A stretch of 17,786 nt of DNA, taken from Candidatus Jordarchaeia archaeon. GTDB lineage: Archaea > Asgardarchaeota > Jordiarchaeia > Jordiarchaeales > Jordiarchaeaceae. The translations under genes and the position numbers were made by a program. The notes beneath the pieces were generated by a model. The model worked only from the letters and a program-made list of their open reading frames with translations, was not told the DNA's origin and did not search any database. Shown in pieces: positions 16,217 to 17,786 of this stretch (the first letter of the stretch is position 1; each line of letters begins with the position of its first letter). Location: assembly GCA_029856435.1 (NCBI GenBank), contig JAHQXB010000169.1:1-17786 (forward strand), read 5' to 3'.

Positions 16217-17586
16217 GCTAATTTTCCTTTCCACTTCTTTATCTGTTCTGGCGATATACTTTGAGGTATCTGCATTCCATGTTTCCCTCTTAACCTCTGC
16301 TTTCCCATCATCTTTGCTACTTTTTTAGCTGCAAAATACTGGTCGATTAATTCCTTGACCTCTTTCGGTTGCGTTCCAGATCCTCTAGCAATCCGGATTA
16401 TCCTAGAACGGTCAATTAGCTTAGGATTAACTAGTTCCTCCCTAGTCATTGATTGCATCATCACTTTCCAGTACTTCATTTTATCATCAGCAACCTCCCT
16501 TAATTCACTTGGAAATTTGGCGCCGACTCCTAACAGTTCCAAAACTTTACTTACGGGTCCCATTTTCTTAAGTTGTTCCATAGCATTGTAGAAATCTTTT
16601 AAAGTAAACCTACCGCTCAAAAACGCCATAGCCGCCTCCTTATCCGGCGTTAATTCCGCCTCTCTAACTTTGTCTAGAAGACTTTGCAAATCGCCCATTC
16701 CTAATAGGCGCCCCACAAAGCCGGTTGGGTTAAAACTCTCAATGTCTTCAATCTTTTCACCATTGCCTATGAATTTGATTGGAGCTCCTGTGGCTGCTAC
16801 TGCCGAAAGAGCGCCGCCCCCACGAGCTGAGCCATCCAACTTGGTGACAATTATAGACCCAATGTTTGTAGCTTCCTTAAAAGCTCGGGCTTGAACAGAT
16901 GCTTGTTGTCCAAGGGTTCCATCGACTACCAATATTATCTCCTGAGGGTTAATGGCCTTTGCTATGTCTTGCATTTCCTTCATTAGCCCCTTTTCCTCCT
17001 TATGTCTTCCCGAAGTATCAACGATAATCGCTTCACATCCCTCTTTCTGTAGCACTTCTATTCCTTTCCTGGCTACAGAGACACTACTCTTACTATTTGG
17101 TTCCCCATAAAATTTTACACCCAATTCACTAACTAACTGGTAGAGTTGTTCATATGCACCAGCACGGAATGTGTCAGCGCAAACTACCCCTGTTTTTACG
17201 CCTCTTTTAGTGAGGTACCTTGCGAGTTTAGCAACTGTGGTTGTTTTACCTGAACCTTGAATCCCTACAAGCATGATAATATTTGCTTTTCCTGGTGTTA
17301 TCTCGAGAGGATACGCCTTTTTACCGAGAATATTGGTTAACTCGTCATAAACTATTTTCACAACATGCTCTCTTCTACTTATGCCTGGTGGTAATGTCTC
17401 GTCAAGAGCTCTTTTCTTAATCCTTTCACTTAGCTCAAAAACCAGCTCCACATTTACATCAGACATTAGCAGCGCTCTCTGAAGCTCTTTAACTAATTCC
17501 TCGACAGCTTCTCTATCTGCCACATTTGAACGTAGAATCTTATTTATCGCGTTCCTAAGACCTTCACCCAATTTCTCTAAGACCAT
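16213..17586 (-). CDS. srp54: Signal recognition particle 54 kDa protein
   Basis: MVLEKLG N-terminus, ALLMSDVNV, GIQGSGKTT, DTFRAGA, DTSGRH, TKLD, GRLLGMGD and M domain FTLKDF...SMTREE...SRIIRIARGSG. Start at ATG 17586. Confidence 0.98.
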   Translation of the reverse strand: MVLEKLGEGLRNAINKILRSNVADREAVEELVKELQRALLMSDVNVELVFELSERIKKRALDETLPPGISRREHVVKIVYDELTNILGKKAYPLEITPGKANIIMLVGIQGSGKTTTVAKLARYLTKRGVKTGVVCADTFRAGAYEQLYQLVSELGVKFYGEPNSKSSVSVARKGIEVLQKEGCEAIIVDTSGRHKEEKGLMKEMQDIAKAINPQEIILVVDGTLGQQASVQARAFKEATNIGSIIVTKLDGSARGGGALSAVAATGAPIKFIGNGEKIEDIESFNPTGFVGRLLGMGDLQSLLDKVREAELTPDKEAAMAFLSGRFTLKDFYNAMEQLKKMGPVSKVLELLGVGAKFPSELREVADDKMKYWKVMMQSMTREELVNPKLIDRSRIIRIARGSGTQPKEVKELIDQYFAAKKVAKMMGKQRLRGKHGMQIPQSISPEQIKKWKGKLA

Positions 17587-17786
17587 TATATTCACGTCCT
17601 CAAAAGCGAAGCGGTGTTATTTTTAACCATATTTGCTGTAGTTATTAACATTATGCATTAGGAAATAAATAATGTTCCGTTATGAAGTTTCGTTTAGCAT
17701 TATGTATTCCGCTCATAAAAACCAGTCTGGCAGAATATTCCTACCTTTTCGAAAAGGCTCTAATTGAGTTTCTCTTCCTTGTGGCG

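Noticed and set aside
427-16894. Short antisense or alternate-frame ORFs (427-624, 1644-2045, 3188-3631, 5009-5200, 5511-5711, 6092-6565, 6574-6972, 10595-10825, 10986-11219, 12462-12845, 12902-13096, 13162-13413, 13543-13895, 13899-14186, 15386-15902, 16137-16894)
   Set aside because: They are shadows of well-supported genes on the opposite strand, with typical Ser/Leu/Pro-rich composition and no motifs.
17596-17786. Possible ORF at the right edge
   Set aside because: Only short frames with early stops on both strands; treated as the promoter/intergenic region of srp54.

Overview
AT-rich archaeal chromosomal window; the gene content is TACK/Asgard-like, but the lineage cannot be fixed from sequence alone. 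It holds mostly housekeeping genes for tRNA/rRNA modification, translation and replication: TtuA/Ncs6-type tRNA thiolase, site-2 protease, COG2413-like nucleotidyltransferase, radical SAM protein, pelota, two head-to-head Cdc6/Orc1 paralogs plus a winged-helix protein, tsr3, a small Lrp/AsnC protein, a 16-Cys zinc finger, tiaS, deoxyhypusine synthase, pus10, trmY and srp54. The ORF track misses several features in the apparently empty stretches. These are a type A RNase P RNA gene (9531-9927), the probable 3' end of a tnpB gene with its omega-RNA at the left edge, an eroded IS4/IS5-like transposase, and a 172-bp MITE-like element with a perfect 9-bp target duplication. The most striking observation is a 23-nt insert in conserved region CR-II of the RNase P RNA. 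It folds as a bulge-helix-bulge/loop motif, and excision by the tRNA-splicing-endonuclease rule restores the consensus GGAGCAGAAACGA, so it is a candidate tRNA-type intron in RNase P RNA. The same RNA also appears to lack the near-universal bulged U of catalytic helix P4. All family assignments are from motif recognition by eye; no searches were run.
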